The notes under the pieces are model-generated. The model saw nothing but the letters and a program-made list of their open reading frames with translations. It did not search any database and had not been told where the DNA came from. Below, piece by piece: positions 22,201-29,745 of a stretch of 64,000 bases of DNA. The stretch comes from an uncultured virus (IMG/VR IMGVR_UViG_3300044294_000547) (taxonomy: Duplodnaviria; Heunggongvirae; Uroviricota; Caudoviricetes). Position 1 is the first letter of the stretch, and each line of letters opens with the position of its first letter. Where the stretch lies: the IMG/VR virus record IMGVR_UViG_3300044294_000547; one strand, written 5' to 3'. Position numbers and translations under genes: made by a program.

Positions 22201-22341
22201 ATTTATCTTGTTGCCGAACTCCAATAAATTAGACATGGAAAGCCCGAGACCCCCCATGCTTTGAATGGCATTATTTGCTGCCACGCCCATGTTGGCTAAA
22301 GTGCCAGAAATTGCTTCGATTTTGCCTGCAATATCAGTCAA
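19240..22341 (-). CDS. Tape measure protein
   Basis: 1033 aa, Ala/Gln/Met/Glu-rich helical composition, located after the tail tube and chaperones; TTG start. Confidence 0.8.
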   Translation of the reverse strand: MTDIAGKIEAISGTLANMGVAANNAIQSMGGLGLSMSNLLEFGNKINVSLVGAERTLALYGKTADGIAASTANLSRQFSLPYEDLLKIQQDLAMNMPVAITGQEKIAAVVQFAGDRFGMTSEAIKAYMTRLEDFSQKTRLAYEDQLLMIDAADKLKAAQRAGAADVDKLSDSLMRQGQITKANAEMMYAMNEINRDQLASIMRTTEGLSEQAKKRLGLAETATMASNVLANESKIMYSMIGNIPAVQEFVKGLTLAPGAATAEMMKKMTSGGYKGVSDLDVDTEGASALKKELSADTIASFEQLFAKGMDLSQAKSEMMKAASEGGEDAKAMLEYMLDQKDVTDALDKMERGRINTKLAQQKMENAINKAMKAGVTAELASMVTGSLRLQTLDRLRLAQEQLTDQAKVHGDVVTAINEAYTIQAEMLGKISGIGGYIGDQSANDSEYSSQMKESMERQVKAKAAIAEIEATRLGFIQRGQIALQNPEDRMNAAQELQYGFKETVKQAQELIDAEQDPKKKEAAQQELKKAILDAEAVVEAVKKGNADQVLTMLEKQRQKAISASNDVTKTIRDNNKTILDASVARFNKESEYRKSEVSQIEAQLSLMDSVASGIGASAEMRAAAVQTIGEQISTTENEMAALTKTQQDFLNKAAEAEQKLVKAQADGKSGEIEAANREIMAFKEAAADAQKKLNEADTTRLGLIKQQLEMTKQIREGYLDALSSMMEGAGVFAEIVVDQEKNLGTLLRTAKDMPTSLRTGAADGRGAEMSTFGVGGIQAGEWSRDMASYTNELVSSQMPEITDYLKQIAGRATGDVASLNADRMGAAMDQTAAAGGAAGSVVGTPSAATPAAAATSSTAGASASTGQLRLDNSAEAATAAGIVSDSIVDSISSQVAAIAKEQIAITDYLKQLVPAILTIDRRQAREHHIWLDRDTEMSTDGVASIEYRMDQTAIAAAAAGGAAGSVVGTPPAATPAAAATSSTAGASASTGQLRLDDSVFGSISSQVAAMAKDQVVPAIIDGFAMAIRTLARA
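19286..19860. repeat. Imperfect internal duplication at the 3' end of the tape measure gene
   Basis: Near-identical blocks at ~19347-19497 and ~19722-19860, and at 19305-19339 and 19641-19675; they encode AGGAAGSVVGTP.AATPAAAATSSTAGASASTGQLRLD twice. Confidence 0.95.
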
Positions 22342-22411
22342 GACAGAGTCCGCCTCTCTGTCTATTTTCTAACACAATGCATACTCACCTCTCCGAGACG
22401 AGAGAGGTGAG
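22341..22411 (-). promoter_or_regulatory. Two RNA hairpins in the tape measure translation-initiation region
   Basis: CTCACCTCTC-N8-GAGAGGTGAG (22384-22411), and AGACAGAG-AGGCGGA-CTCTGTCT (22341-22363), which covers the SD-like GAGAGG and the first base of the TTG start. Confidence 0.6.
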
Positions 22412-22765
22412 GAATATGGCGGCGTCTTCGGAAAGGCTGCCTATCTTTTCCTCGTTGCAGGGTATTGCGTTACCCTCTGAGTCTGTGAACGACCAGCCTA
22501 TCATCATCTTTTTGAACCTAGCCGATCGGAATGTGATGGGATCAAAAACAAGCCTTGATCCATCGTTTCTCATAGAGGACTCCTGAATCTTCAGAGAAGC
22601 GGCGTATGAAATTGGTCGACACATGACGTGGTGCTGCTGAAAATTACCTTCGCCCAAGGCTGCCAATGCCTCTTCCTTGGTTTTGAAGAACACTGCTTTA
22701 CCTGCCTGGAAACCAACCCAGAAATCAATCTTGAACTCGTCCGATTTTGAGATGAATATCGACAT
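22385..22765 (-). CDS. Tail assembly chaperone (second paralogue)
   Basis: RPISY..KIQE, FDPITFRS, IGWSFTDSEGNAIPCNEEKIGSL pattern; directly upstream of the tape measure. Confidence 0.7.
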   Translation of the reverse strand: MSIFISKSDEFKIDFWVGFQAGKAVFFKTKEEALAALGEGNFQQHHVMCRPISYAASLKIQESSMRNDGSRLVFDPITFRSARFKKMMIGWSFTDSEGNAIPCNEEKIGSLSEDAAIFLTSLVSER

Positions 22766-22766
22766 G

Positions 22767-23404
22767 TTAGATCCTTGCTCCCATCATCATACTGAACACT
22801 TTTACTATATCGGCATTTTTTAATCTTGACCCCAACATTGCCATGTTGGAAAAGGCATAAAAATCTGAAACCCTCAGATTTCTTATGTCTTCTATTGTCC
22901 ATCCGTAGTGGTGGGCCATTATGTATTCTCTCAGGCGATCAGTCACGAGCGGGATGTCTTCGTCCCGCCACAGGTGACCGACCGCCTCTATGGTTTTCCC
23001 GGGTCGGGGTCCTCATCTGTAAACATTAATTTTTCGTATGCAGACACCAAGGAATCGAATACATCAGAATCCATCTTTGTAATGTCGCCATTGTCAAATG
23101 ACCCTGACTTTTCCCCTTCGTGCCAAGAGCCACAAACCAAGCCAGTCTGTGCCATGAGAGACCTGTAAGCCATAGGGTCAATAACATAGTCCCCCTGTAT
23201 TGGATCGAAGCGCCTGGCGCCCGAAACAACCTGAGCACGCTGACCCCAAGTTACGGTTTTCCATTTACAAGTCACATACATGTGCACAAGCGCTCCTGGA
23301 GCCTGTCCGTTCCAAGAGCCGACAAGCGACCACCGCCTGCCCTGCTTTTCACTGCGGACAAAACCAGTACATGTGGTGAATTCTGCGCCAAAGGGTCCAG
23401 TCAT
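22767..23404 (-). CDS. Tail assembly chaperone, frameshifted long form (gpGT-like)
   Basis: In-phase G GGA AAA at 22994-23000. The -1 frame reads TIEAVGHLWRDEDIPLVTDRLREYIMAHHYGWTIEDIRNLRVSDFY...GARI* and ends at 22767, filling the gap exactly. Confidence 0.85.
22988..23404 (-). CDS. Tail assembly chaperone, short form (gpG-like)
   Basis: 138 aa after the tail tube, ending DEDPDPGKP* at a slippery heptamer. Confidence 0.8.
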   Translation of the reverse strand: MTGPFGAEFTTCTGFVRSEKQGRRWSLVGSWNGQAPGALVHMYVTCKWKTVTWGQRAQVVSGARRFDPIQGDYVIDPMAYRSLMAQTGLVCGSWHEGEKSGSFDNGDITKMDSDVFDSLVSAYEKLMFTDEDPDPGKP

Positions 23405-23424
23405 GAACCTATTTTATCGGATGA

Positions 23425-24429
23425 TTATAGAGGGAATGGGTGTGGCTGATCTCCCATACTCCACGGTTCACCACCATAATCAGATATCGCAAGATACCTG
23501 CCGGCGTCGGTACCTAAAGAAACAAATGCCATGGGTGTCTCGATGATTCCGTTGGTGAGTTCTGTGCTGTCCAACTGGAAGACGCAGCCGAAGAACTTCA
23601 CAAGAGTTGTCGGGGTTGGTCCGATTTTGGCCTGCAACATAAGATTGACATGCGGGATATTTTCGCCCGGATCATCTTCCCGATTTTTTGCCTGATCGGC
23701 CAAGGTTGATGGGCGACCAAAAAATGTTATACTACCAGTTATCTTACGCTTCTTTGGCAGGATGTCGTATGGAGCCAACTGCCCCGCGATGACATACACC
23801 TCTTCCGACTGGTTGTCAATTGTTACATTGAATTGCTTAATTAATTTGAACTCATTTTGATTGACACCACCATTGTTCATGTTCTCCATGCCGATGGTTA
23901 CATCGTTGTAAGAGATAACACGGAGAGGAGATTCCGCATCTGCAGTTGTTAAGTTGGGAAGAGCATCCGCTGCTGTTGCTGCCCGACGACCCCTGCCTCG
24001 GAATTCAGCAGTGCAATCCAAGGTACCATTGGCAGATATATCCAGTGTTATTTTGTCAACGACCATGTCTTCGTATACAAATGTGAAACCAGAGTGGTAA
24101 TGAACCACCACATCAACAGTTTTCGCGAATTTGCCATCTGCCGTTCTCCTGCCTGCAGCAGTCCACAACTCCGCGAAGGTGTCGAGGTTTCCGCCATCCT
24201 GTGCCTTATCTAGGGTGAACTTTACTTGGCCTGATGCCTTAAAATTGCCCATCTTGTATCTGGTCATGTCAATGCTGCCGTCGATATCCTCAACTGGTTC
24301 AATTGACTGTTCACCCTTGATGTTGCAAGTCGTTACACGCAGGATACTCCCGTTGATGGCCACCACGCCAGGGAATCCAGCACGCACGGGAAAATTTTGG
24401 TTACTAATAGGTTCCTCAAATGATGGCAT
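23425..24429 (-). CDS. Major tail (tube) protein
   Basis: 334 aa, beta-rich, with two tube-like halves (ASGQVKFT..VDKITLDISANGTLDCTAEFRG; IKQFNVTIDNQ..RKITGSITF); precedes the chaperones. Confidence 0.8.
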   Translation of the reverse strand: MPSFEEPISNQNFPVRAGFPGVVAINGSILRVTTCNIKGEQSIEPVEDIDGSIDMTRYKMGNFKASGQVKFTLDKAQDGGNLDTFAELWTAAGRRTADGKFAKTVDVVVHYHSGFTFVYEDMVVDKITLDISANGTLDCTAEFRGRGRRAATAADALPNLTTADAESPLRVISYNDVTIGMENMNNGGVNQNEFKLIKQFNVTIDNQSEEVYVIAGQLAPYDILPKKRKITGSITFFGRPSTLADQAKNREDDPGENIPHVNLMLQAKIGPTPTTLVKFFGCVFQLDSTELTNGIIETPMAFVSLGTDAGRYLAISDYGGEPWSMGDQPHPFPL

Positions 24430-24470
24430 TATTTTACCTCATCTCGTCGATGATCGTGAGAACAGACTCA

Positions 24471-24839
24471 TCAGGATTCAATGTTGTCTGCACTGATGGT
24501 GAAGCCTAAATTTGAACTCAACTCCGCAAAAACTGGGTCAACTTGAATGTCGCCTGCCTGCAAGAAACTGTCAAGAGAAGCATTTGTCCTGCGCAACACA
24601 TGGTTGTTTAGGGCTGCCACGGCAGAATTCAGGGTCGTGGTTGCCTGTGTGTTCGCGGTCACTGCTTCATAACTGCTGAAAAAAGGTGACAAGAGGTCAA
24701 TTGAAGGCTGGACCGTGTCAAATAGCGCAATTTCGTACACAGCGCTATACACAGAATCCTTAGCCAGCAACAAGGTCGCCTTACACTCTGCAATATAATC
24801 CGAAAGATTCTTGTATTCTGCTGCTGAAATTACTGCCAT
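24471..24839 (-). CDS. Hypothetical virion-associated protein (122 aa)
   Basis: GGAGGAG SD; directly upstream of the tail tube gene. Confidence 0.7.
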   Translation of the reverse strand: MAVISAAEYKNLSDYIAECKATLLLAKDSVYSAVYEIALFDTVQPSIDLLSPFFSSYEAVTANTQATTTLNSAVAALNNHVLRRTNASLDSFLQAGDIQVDPVFAELSSNLGFTISADNIES

Positions 24840-24855
24840 TTGCTCCTCCGATGGT

Positions 24856-25941
24856 TCATAATGATGTTACACTTTCTACATCAAGTTTCCCTGCTTCCCT
24901 TCTTGAGATTAATGGCAGCAATTTGATAAAAATATCAAGATGGTTGGGAATAGCCGAAAGATCGCAAGGTCGCGAGGGTTCTGATAGGGACGATAAGGCC
25001 ACCAATGTCTCTGAAAGAGCCCCTGGAATCGGTATATGCAGCAACTTGCCTGGCGCAGACATGAACGGGACAGATGGAAGGAGATGGCTGCATCCAAGGG
25101 CCCGGAAGACTGGGCAGTCGGTCACCACCGAATCAACCCCAAATTTGGCGGCTTCAACCACAGAAACCGCAGAAGACGGGCATAGGACAGGGAAAATCGC
25201 CGCCCAAGCGCCAGCAAGCGTCTGCGCGTACAGGAGGTCGTCCACCCCGTACTCCACAGAAGAGGCCGCCCAAGCCTGCCTAGAGCCTGCTGGTAGTCTC
25301 CCACGACCAAGGTCAAAATCTCCAGGATCAGCCCCATTTGTTCCGATCACAAGCTCCCATCCACCGCTAGACAGACCAGACTTCTCCCATTCCGACAGAA
25401 GGTATGAAAAATTATTAGACTCAAAGTTTCTCATGGGTGCAAAAAAATACTTCCCCCTCTTGATCCCGTGCACATCCTGCGAAAGCATGGCGGTTGACGG
25501 TATAGAAACTTGAACATTTTTTGCACCAGATCTGGTAGCTTGGTTTGCTGCCATCCTGCTGCAGGCTATGACCGCATCAGCTAGAGGACATGAATCGTAG
25601 GGTCTGTCAACATGTCTTTCGCAGTCGTTCAATATGTGCAACCATCCAAAATCGCCAATCCCGACCACCCTACAGGCTGCGACATGGGCGGCATCTGCGT
25701 CATCCCCAAAAGATATCACCAGATCTGGTTTCGCTGATTCGCAAAATGCGCCAAAGTTGACCGCTGCCGCAACCCCTCTTGGCAACGGCAAGCACCTTGG
25801 GATGTCTAAATCAGCAGATAGATCAAAAAACACCCCAACATGTTCGGGAAAAGATTTTTGAACATGTCGCCATATGACATCGCCAATTCTTGAGTTGGCG
25901 GTCAACAGATGAGGGCTGCAACCTGTCACGGCAACAATCAT
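24856..25941 (-). CDS. Divergent GT-B glycosyltransferase (GT4-like)
   Basis: Start MIVAVTG via TGATG overlap; KPDLVISFGD, ADAVIACS, VVEAAKFGVDSVVTDCPVF. The EGFG motif is degenerate. Confidence 0.7.
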   Translation of the reverse strand: MIVAVTGCSPHLLTANSRIGDVIWRHVQKSFPEHVGVFFDLSADLDIPRCLPLPRGVAAAVNFGAFCESAKPDLVISFGDDADAAHVAACRVVGIGDFGWLHILNDCERHVDRPYDSCPLADAVIACSRMAANQATRSGAKNVQVSIPSTAMLSQDVHGIKRGKYFFAPMRNFESNNFSYLLSEWEKSGLSSGGWELVIGTNGADPGDFDLGRGRLPAGSRQAWAASSVEYGVDDLLYAQTLAGAWAAIFPVLCPSSAVSVVEAAKFGVDSVVTDCPVFRALGCSHLLPSVPFMSAPGKLLHIPIPGALSETLVALSSLSEPSRPCDLSAIPNHLDIFIKLLPLISRREAGKLDVESVTSL

Positions 25942-26846
25942 CACGGAGGCTGCCTCCAAGAATCGCCAAATCCGTATGGAGGGTGCATCTGGGCTTCGGT
26001 TGCACTCCAACTTATTTTAGCAGCCTTCAGCAATGTGTCCTTATGGACGAATCCATACTCAATATTTCTTGGCCAACATTTGTACAAAAATCTTTCAACA
26101 AGTATGGCCTTGGGGTCATTTACTACAAGATACTCGTTTTTTGCAGGCTCAGACAGCCTGATCACCTGACCGTCGACGATCTCAGCCACATGGCAATCTT
26201 CAGATATGAATACACTGTCCAACAAAATGAACTGACCTGCAGTAATGCCGTCTGTATCTGCAAGCCTCACAAAAACATCACCCTGCTCAATATCAGCTAT
26301 GATTGACACATATCCCTTATCGCCAGCAATAGCAACAGGATTTTTCTTTAGACCTGTTTCTATAATGTTGGTAAGATGTAAAAGATACTCATAGCCCTCC
26401 TCTTGGGCGGCATCCGCAACATAGCAGACGATGTCAACCTCGTATGTTTCGTTGCTTACCTCCAAACCAATCCATTCAGAGTTCTTGCTCTTGCCATTTA
26501 TCGTTATTGCAGGGTATTTTATGATAGTGTTTGGATCCCCAAGATATATACCCTGAATAAATTGCCCCTTCACAGCCTTGCGCAAATTGCAGCTCCCAAC
26601 ATTCCAATCAGAAAATCTGACACCATCTTGAAGAACTACATGCGTATCATCAGGAATCTCAACAACAATATGAGGATATTCAAATTCTTCACCATCGGTG
26701 ATCAGCACATCATCGCCAACCTTGAAGCGATGAGAAGTTCTCAGCGTCAAAACATTGTCACCAACAGCTATGGGCTCCGTTATGGGAGATTGAAAGTTAA
26801 CCCATCTGTGTATAATCTGTCGGAGACTAGTGAGAACCTTATACAT
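25941..26846 (-). CDS. Tail terminator/completion-like protein with inserted domains
   Basis: YPAITING...YEVDIVCYV..QEEGYEYLLHLTNIIE pattern; lies between the head-tail connector and the tail tube. Confidence 0.55.
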   Translation of the reverse strand: MYKVLTSLRQIIHRWVNFQSPITEPIAVGDNVLTLRTSHRFKVGDDVLITDGEEFEYPHIVVEIPDDTHVVLQDGVRFSDWNVGSCNLRKAVKGQFIQGIYLGDPNTIIKYPAITINGKSKNSEWIGLEVSNETYEVDIVCYVADAAQEEGYEYLLHLTNIIETGLKKNPVAIAGDKGYVSIIADIEQGDVFVRLADTDGITAGQFILLDSVFISEDCHVAEIVDGQVIRLSEPAKNEYLVVNDPKAILVERFLYKCWPRNIEYGFVHKDTLLKAAKISWSATEAQMHPPYGFGDSWRQPP

Positions 26847-27103
26847 CAAAGTGGGTATTTCATTATTTTTTCAACAACCCTATCAAGCATATCTTCCACA
26901 ATCGCATTTATCTTGTCCATCTTGGCAGCATCTTCGGGCGAAGCGCTTCTTACTGCAGCGTCTTGAGTTGCCTCTTCTCTAGAGGAAAATATTCTTGTGC
27001 TAGCATATATGCGAGATGGAGCACTAGAAGACTCGGCAGACCCATCTTTTATGGCATTGATCTGCGCTAGAGCCGAGCTGACAATATCTCTCATTTCTGC
27101 CAT
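26846..27103 (-). CDS. Hypothetical protein (~85 aa)
   Basis: Coupled on both sides within the neck gene cluster. Confidence 0.6.
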   Translation of the reverse strand: MAEMRDIVSSALAQINAIKDGSAESSSAPSRIYASTRIFSSREEATQDAAVRSASPEDAAKMDKINAIVEDMLDRVVEKIMKYPL

Positions 27104-27105
27104 GA

Positions 27106-27831
27106 TCACATCTCAGGAATGTCTCTAGTCGAATCCTGATCAGTATTGGGTAGTGCATATCTACTCAGAAGCGTGGGGTTGGCAAATCTGCTTGAGATTC
27201 TATTCTGACCATGAAGAACAGTTCTCCCATTCAATATATTGCTCAACATGATGCGTGCCTGATTTCTCAACCCTTTGCCATATTCGCTGTTTCCAGTCGC
27301 GCTCATGTAAGAGAAGTACCTGTCAAATAGACTGGCGACACAGAGACGTGCTGATGTCCCCGGGACAGGATCGGGGAATTTCACGCGCAGCAATCGTGAT
27401 TCTGCGGCTGAAAAATCCACCAAGAAAGGTTCATTGACGATGAGGTTTGTTCCGTTCGCAACATCAGCGACTGTTCTTCTCTCATTAATAAATCCATTTG
27501 TCAACACAATCACATCACCAGGAACGAATACATTTGCATTTGGACTCATGATGACAACATCTGTGTTGTAGGGATCAATGTCTACCACAAGTTCAAATTC
27601 CACATCACTTATCTCTCTCAGTGGAGTGCTGTACATGGAGCTCAAAATAGAGTTTATGTACTGGTCGGCGAGAACAATGTGCTGATCAAGAATCTCGTCG
27701 GTTATCACATTCCCCTTGAGCATGTTACCAAAGTTGACGAGATCGCCTTTCTGAGTGAGCGTTGGATCTGTTGCAGTCGTAAAAGACTGGGCAAAAACAC
27801 GCTTGCAAAGGTCTCGCGTTGCATATCCCAT
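27106..27831 (-). CDS. Head-tail connector/adaptor-like protein
   Basis: MGYAT start, ILDQHIVLADQYINSILSSMYSTPL, and P.PV...SARLCVASL, typical of phage adaptor proteins. Confidence 0.7.
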   Translation of the reverse strand: MGYATRDLCKRVFAQSFTTATDPTLTQKGDLVNFGNMLKGNVITDEILDQHIVLADQYINSILSSMYSTPLREISDVEFELVVDIDPYNTDVVIMSPNANVFVPGDVIVLTNGFINERRTVADVANGTNLIVNEPFLVDFSAAESRLLRVKFPDPVPGTSARLCVASLFDRYFSYMSATGNSEYGKGLRNQARIMLSNILNGRTVLHGQNRISSRFANPTLLSRYALPNTDQDSTRDIPEM

Positions 27832-29003
27832 CAGACCTGATCCCTAGTTATAATTCCCTTGACAAGTCTATTCTTCACAATCTGAGCAGATGTTAAAAGC
27901 CCAGAGCAAACCGCGTTTCGCGGGTCTGCAGCCTTGCGAACATCGCCAATTTTGAACGGCAAATTTATTGAAGACATGATTCTTTCCAATTTCTTATCGA
28001 AACCGTTTGGCATAGAAGTGCCTCCGGCGATCACCACATCAAGAGGCTTATCAAACTGACTCTTAACTTCTGTAAACTTCTTAGCAAACAAACCCACGAC
28101 ATGACGGAGCATAGCATCGTAATATGCGTCAAGGGCAAAAGCTGTGTCATTGTCTTCGTCTATATTTTTAAAATCAAGAACTCGCTCTTTGAAGTCAATC
28201 ACCTGAGACATAGGTACTGCAGTCTGCTCTGAAACCTGTTTATCTACCCAATCTCCGCTCCTGCTGACAGACATACCAAGAACCTGCATGCCCTTGTATG
28301 CCAAAACGCAGTTTGCCCTACCAGCACCAAATGACATTCCTATTCCACTGAACGGCACTTCTGTACCGTCATCAAGAACAACAGACGGCCTCTCGCTGAG
28401 GATGACAGCAAGACCTTCTTCTATGACCTTTACATTCCAGCCAAGGCGGGTAAACATGGCCTTGAGGCGAGCTGCATGGAAAGTACTGTCCTGCCCACCG
28501 TCAGCGCACGGACTCGACACGCATGTGCAAACAACGGAATTTTCGTCAGGGGCCTTACCAAGAGAAGATTCTATAATGCCAGAAAGAACCAAACTCTTCT
28601 TTGGTTCATCTCTATTGAGCACTCCATCTTGAAGAGGACGACGAATCTCCACCGAACCAGGAAATAACTTGGCAACCTGCATGGAGTCATCTCCAACGAC
28701 AAAATACTGCATTCCGTCGTTTACATATCTCCAGCCATTTCTAGTCAAGATCTCTTCCAATTCTGATGAATATGGGATTTCTACAAATGCGTTCCTGACC
28801 GCAGAGACGCTTATCTTGTCATCAATGAGCTCTGCTGTCTGAAAAAACATAGTTCCCACATCAACTCCCACTGCTCGGGCGTGTGACTCTTGCGCCTGTA
28901 CCGATTCAGCCTTGTTGGCAGTTTGCACAGGGGTATTCGGATTCACTGACGACCGAAGCTTTAGGGAGGCAAAATTCTGCATGGCTTTTTCCTTGGCACT
29001 CAT
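27831..29003 (-). CDS. Actin-like ATPase (ParM/MreB/MamK superfamily)
   Basis: Five actin-fold motifs: VGVDVGT (phosphate 1), IEEGLAV (connect 1), GMSFGAG (phosphate 2), VIAGGTS (adenosine), DPRNAVCSG (connect 2). Confidence 0.9.
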   Translation of the reverse strand: MSAKEKAMQNFASLKLRSSVNPNTPVQTANKAESVQAQESHARAVGVDVGTMFFQTAELIDDKISVSAVRNAFVEIPYSSELEEILTRNGWRYVNDGMQYFVVGDDSMQVAKLFPGSVEIRRPLQDGVLNRDEPKKSLVLSGIIESSLGKAPDENSVVCTCVSSPCADGGQDSTFHAARLKAMFTRLGWNVKVIEEGLAVILSERPSVVLDDGTEVPFSGIGMSFGAGRANCVLAYKGMQVLGMSVSRSGDWVDKQVSEQTAVPMSQVIDFKERVLDFKNIDEDNDTAFALDAYYDAMLRHVVGLFAKKFTEVKSQFDKPLDVVIAGGTSMPNGFDKKLERIMSSINLPFKIGDVRKAADPRNAVCSGLLTSAQIVKNRLVKGIITRDQV

Positions 29004-29530
29004 CAGAGAAGACCCTCCAATTCATCTAATTTTTTCTTCATATCGGACGCGTCCTTAGATTTGCCTTTTTGAGGTTCCATATTGGTGGAAAGATTAGACG
29101 CCATTCGTGAAACAACTTTTTCATGTATAGCTATAAGGTTTTCGGCTTGCGGCTCAGATATTGATTCTACAACATCAATCTTTTCAACCCGAGATGAAAC
29201 ATGAACAACTTGAGGGGCAGGCATGGAAGATAACATATTTTTTAGCTCTGCTAATGATTCTGCTATGGCAGATATGGCCTTGCCGTCATTTTCTTCTCTG
29301 ACTATTTTTCTCAATACGTCCATGTCTATGGTATTCTGGCGCCCACGGCTAGAATCTTTTGCCACCACTCTCAGATACCCGGCGACCACGGCTTTCTTGA
29401 CTGAAGGACTTGCCTCGACAATTCTCCTGTCAGCAACAATGTCAAGATCTATAGACTGACTTGGAGACAAAATGACCTTTAGGTCTCCAAGCGACAAATG
29501 CTGCCTAGTTGTATTTACTACCAAAAACAT
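29003..29530 (-). CDS. Hypothetical protein coupled to the actin gene (putative adaptor)
   Basis: Start MFLVVN via TGATG overlap; N-terminal recurrent module, coiled-coil-like middle, C-terminal amphipathic KKKLDELEGLL. Confidence 0.7.
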   Translation of the reverse strand: MFLVVNTTRQHLSLGDLKVILSPSQSIDLDIVADRRIVEASPSVKKAVVAGYLRVVAKDSSRGRQNTIDMDVLRKIVREENDGKAISAIAESLAELKNMLSSMPAPQVVHVSSRVEKIDVVESISEPQAENLIAIHEKVVSRMASNLSTNMEPQKGKSKDASDMKKKLDELEGLL

Positions 29531-29745
29531 CAGCCCTGCAATCTGGTTCGCGGTAAAGGTTTGAAATTTTTTGATGGATCTACAATCATCGTCGAACTCT
29601 TTTTGCACGATGGACAAACCATGTGAATCGTGCCCTGTGAGAAGTTGATCTCCACGTTGCCACGAGCCGCCGTACTAGAGAAACACGCAGGACACACCAC
29701 CCTGAACTCCTCAGACTCATGGACCACCTCCTCTGGTTTAGGCAA
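29530..29745 (-). CDS. Small zinc-ribbon protein
   Basis: CPAC and CPSC pairs; overlaps its neighbours at both ends. Confidence 0.7.
   Translation of the reverse strand: MPKPEEVVHESEEFRVVCPACFSSTAARGNVEINFSQGTIHMVCPSCKKSSTMIVDPSKNFKPLPRTRLQG

Noticed and set aside
22591..22902. Listed 103-aa minus-strand ORF between the chaperones
   Set aside because: It overlaps the second chaperone out of frame, and the gap is better explained by the -1 frameshift extension.
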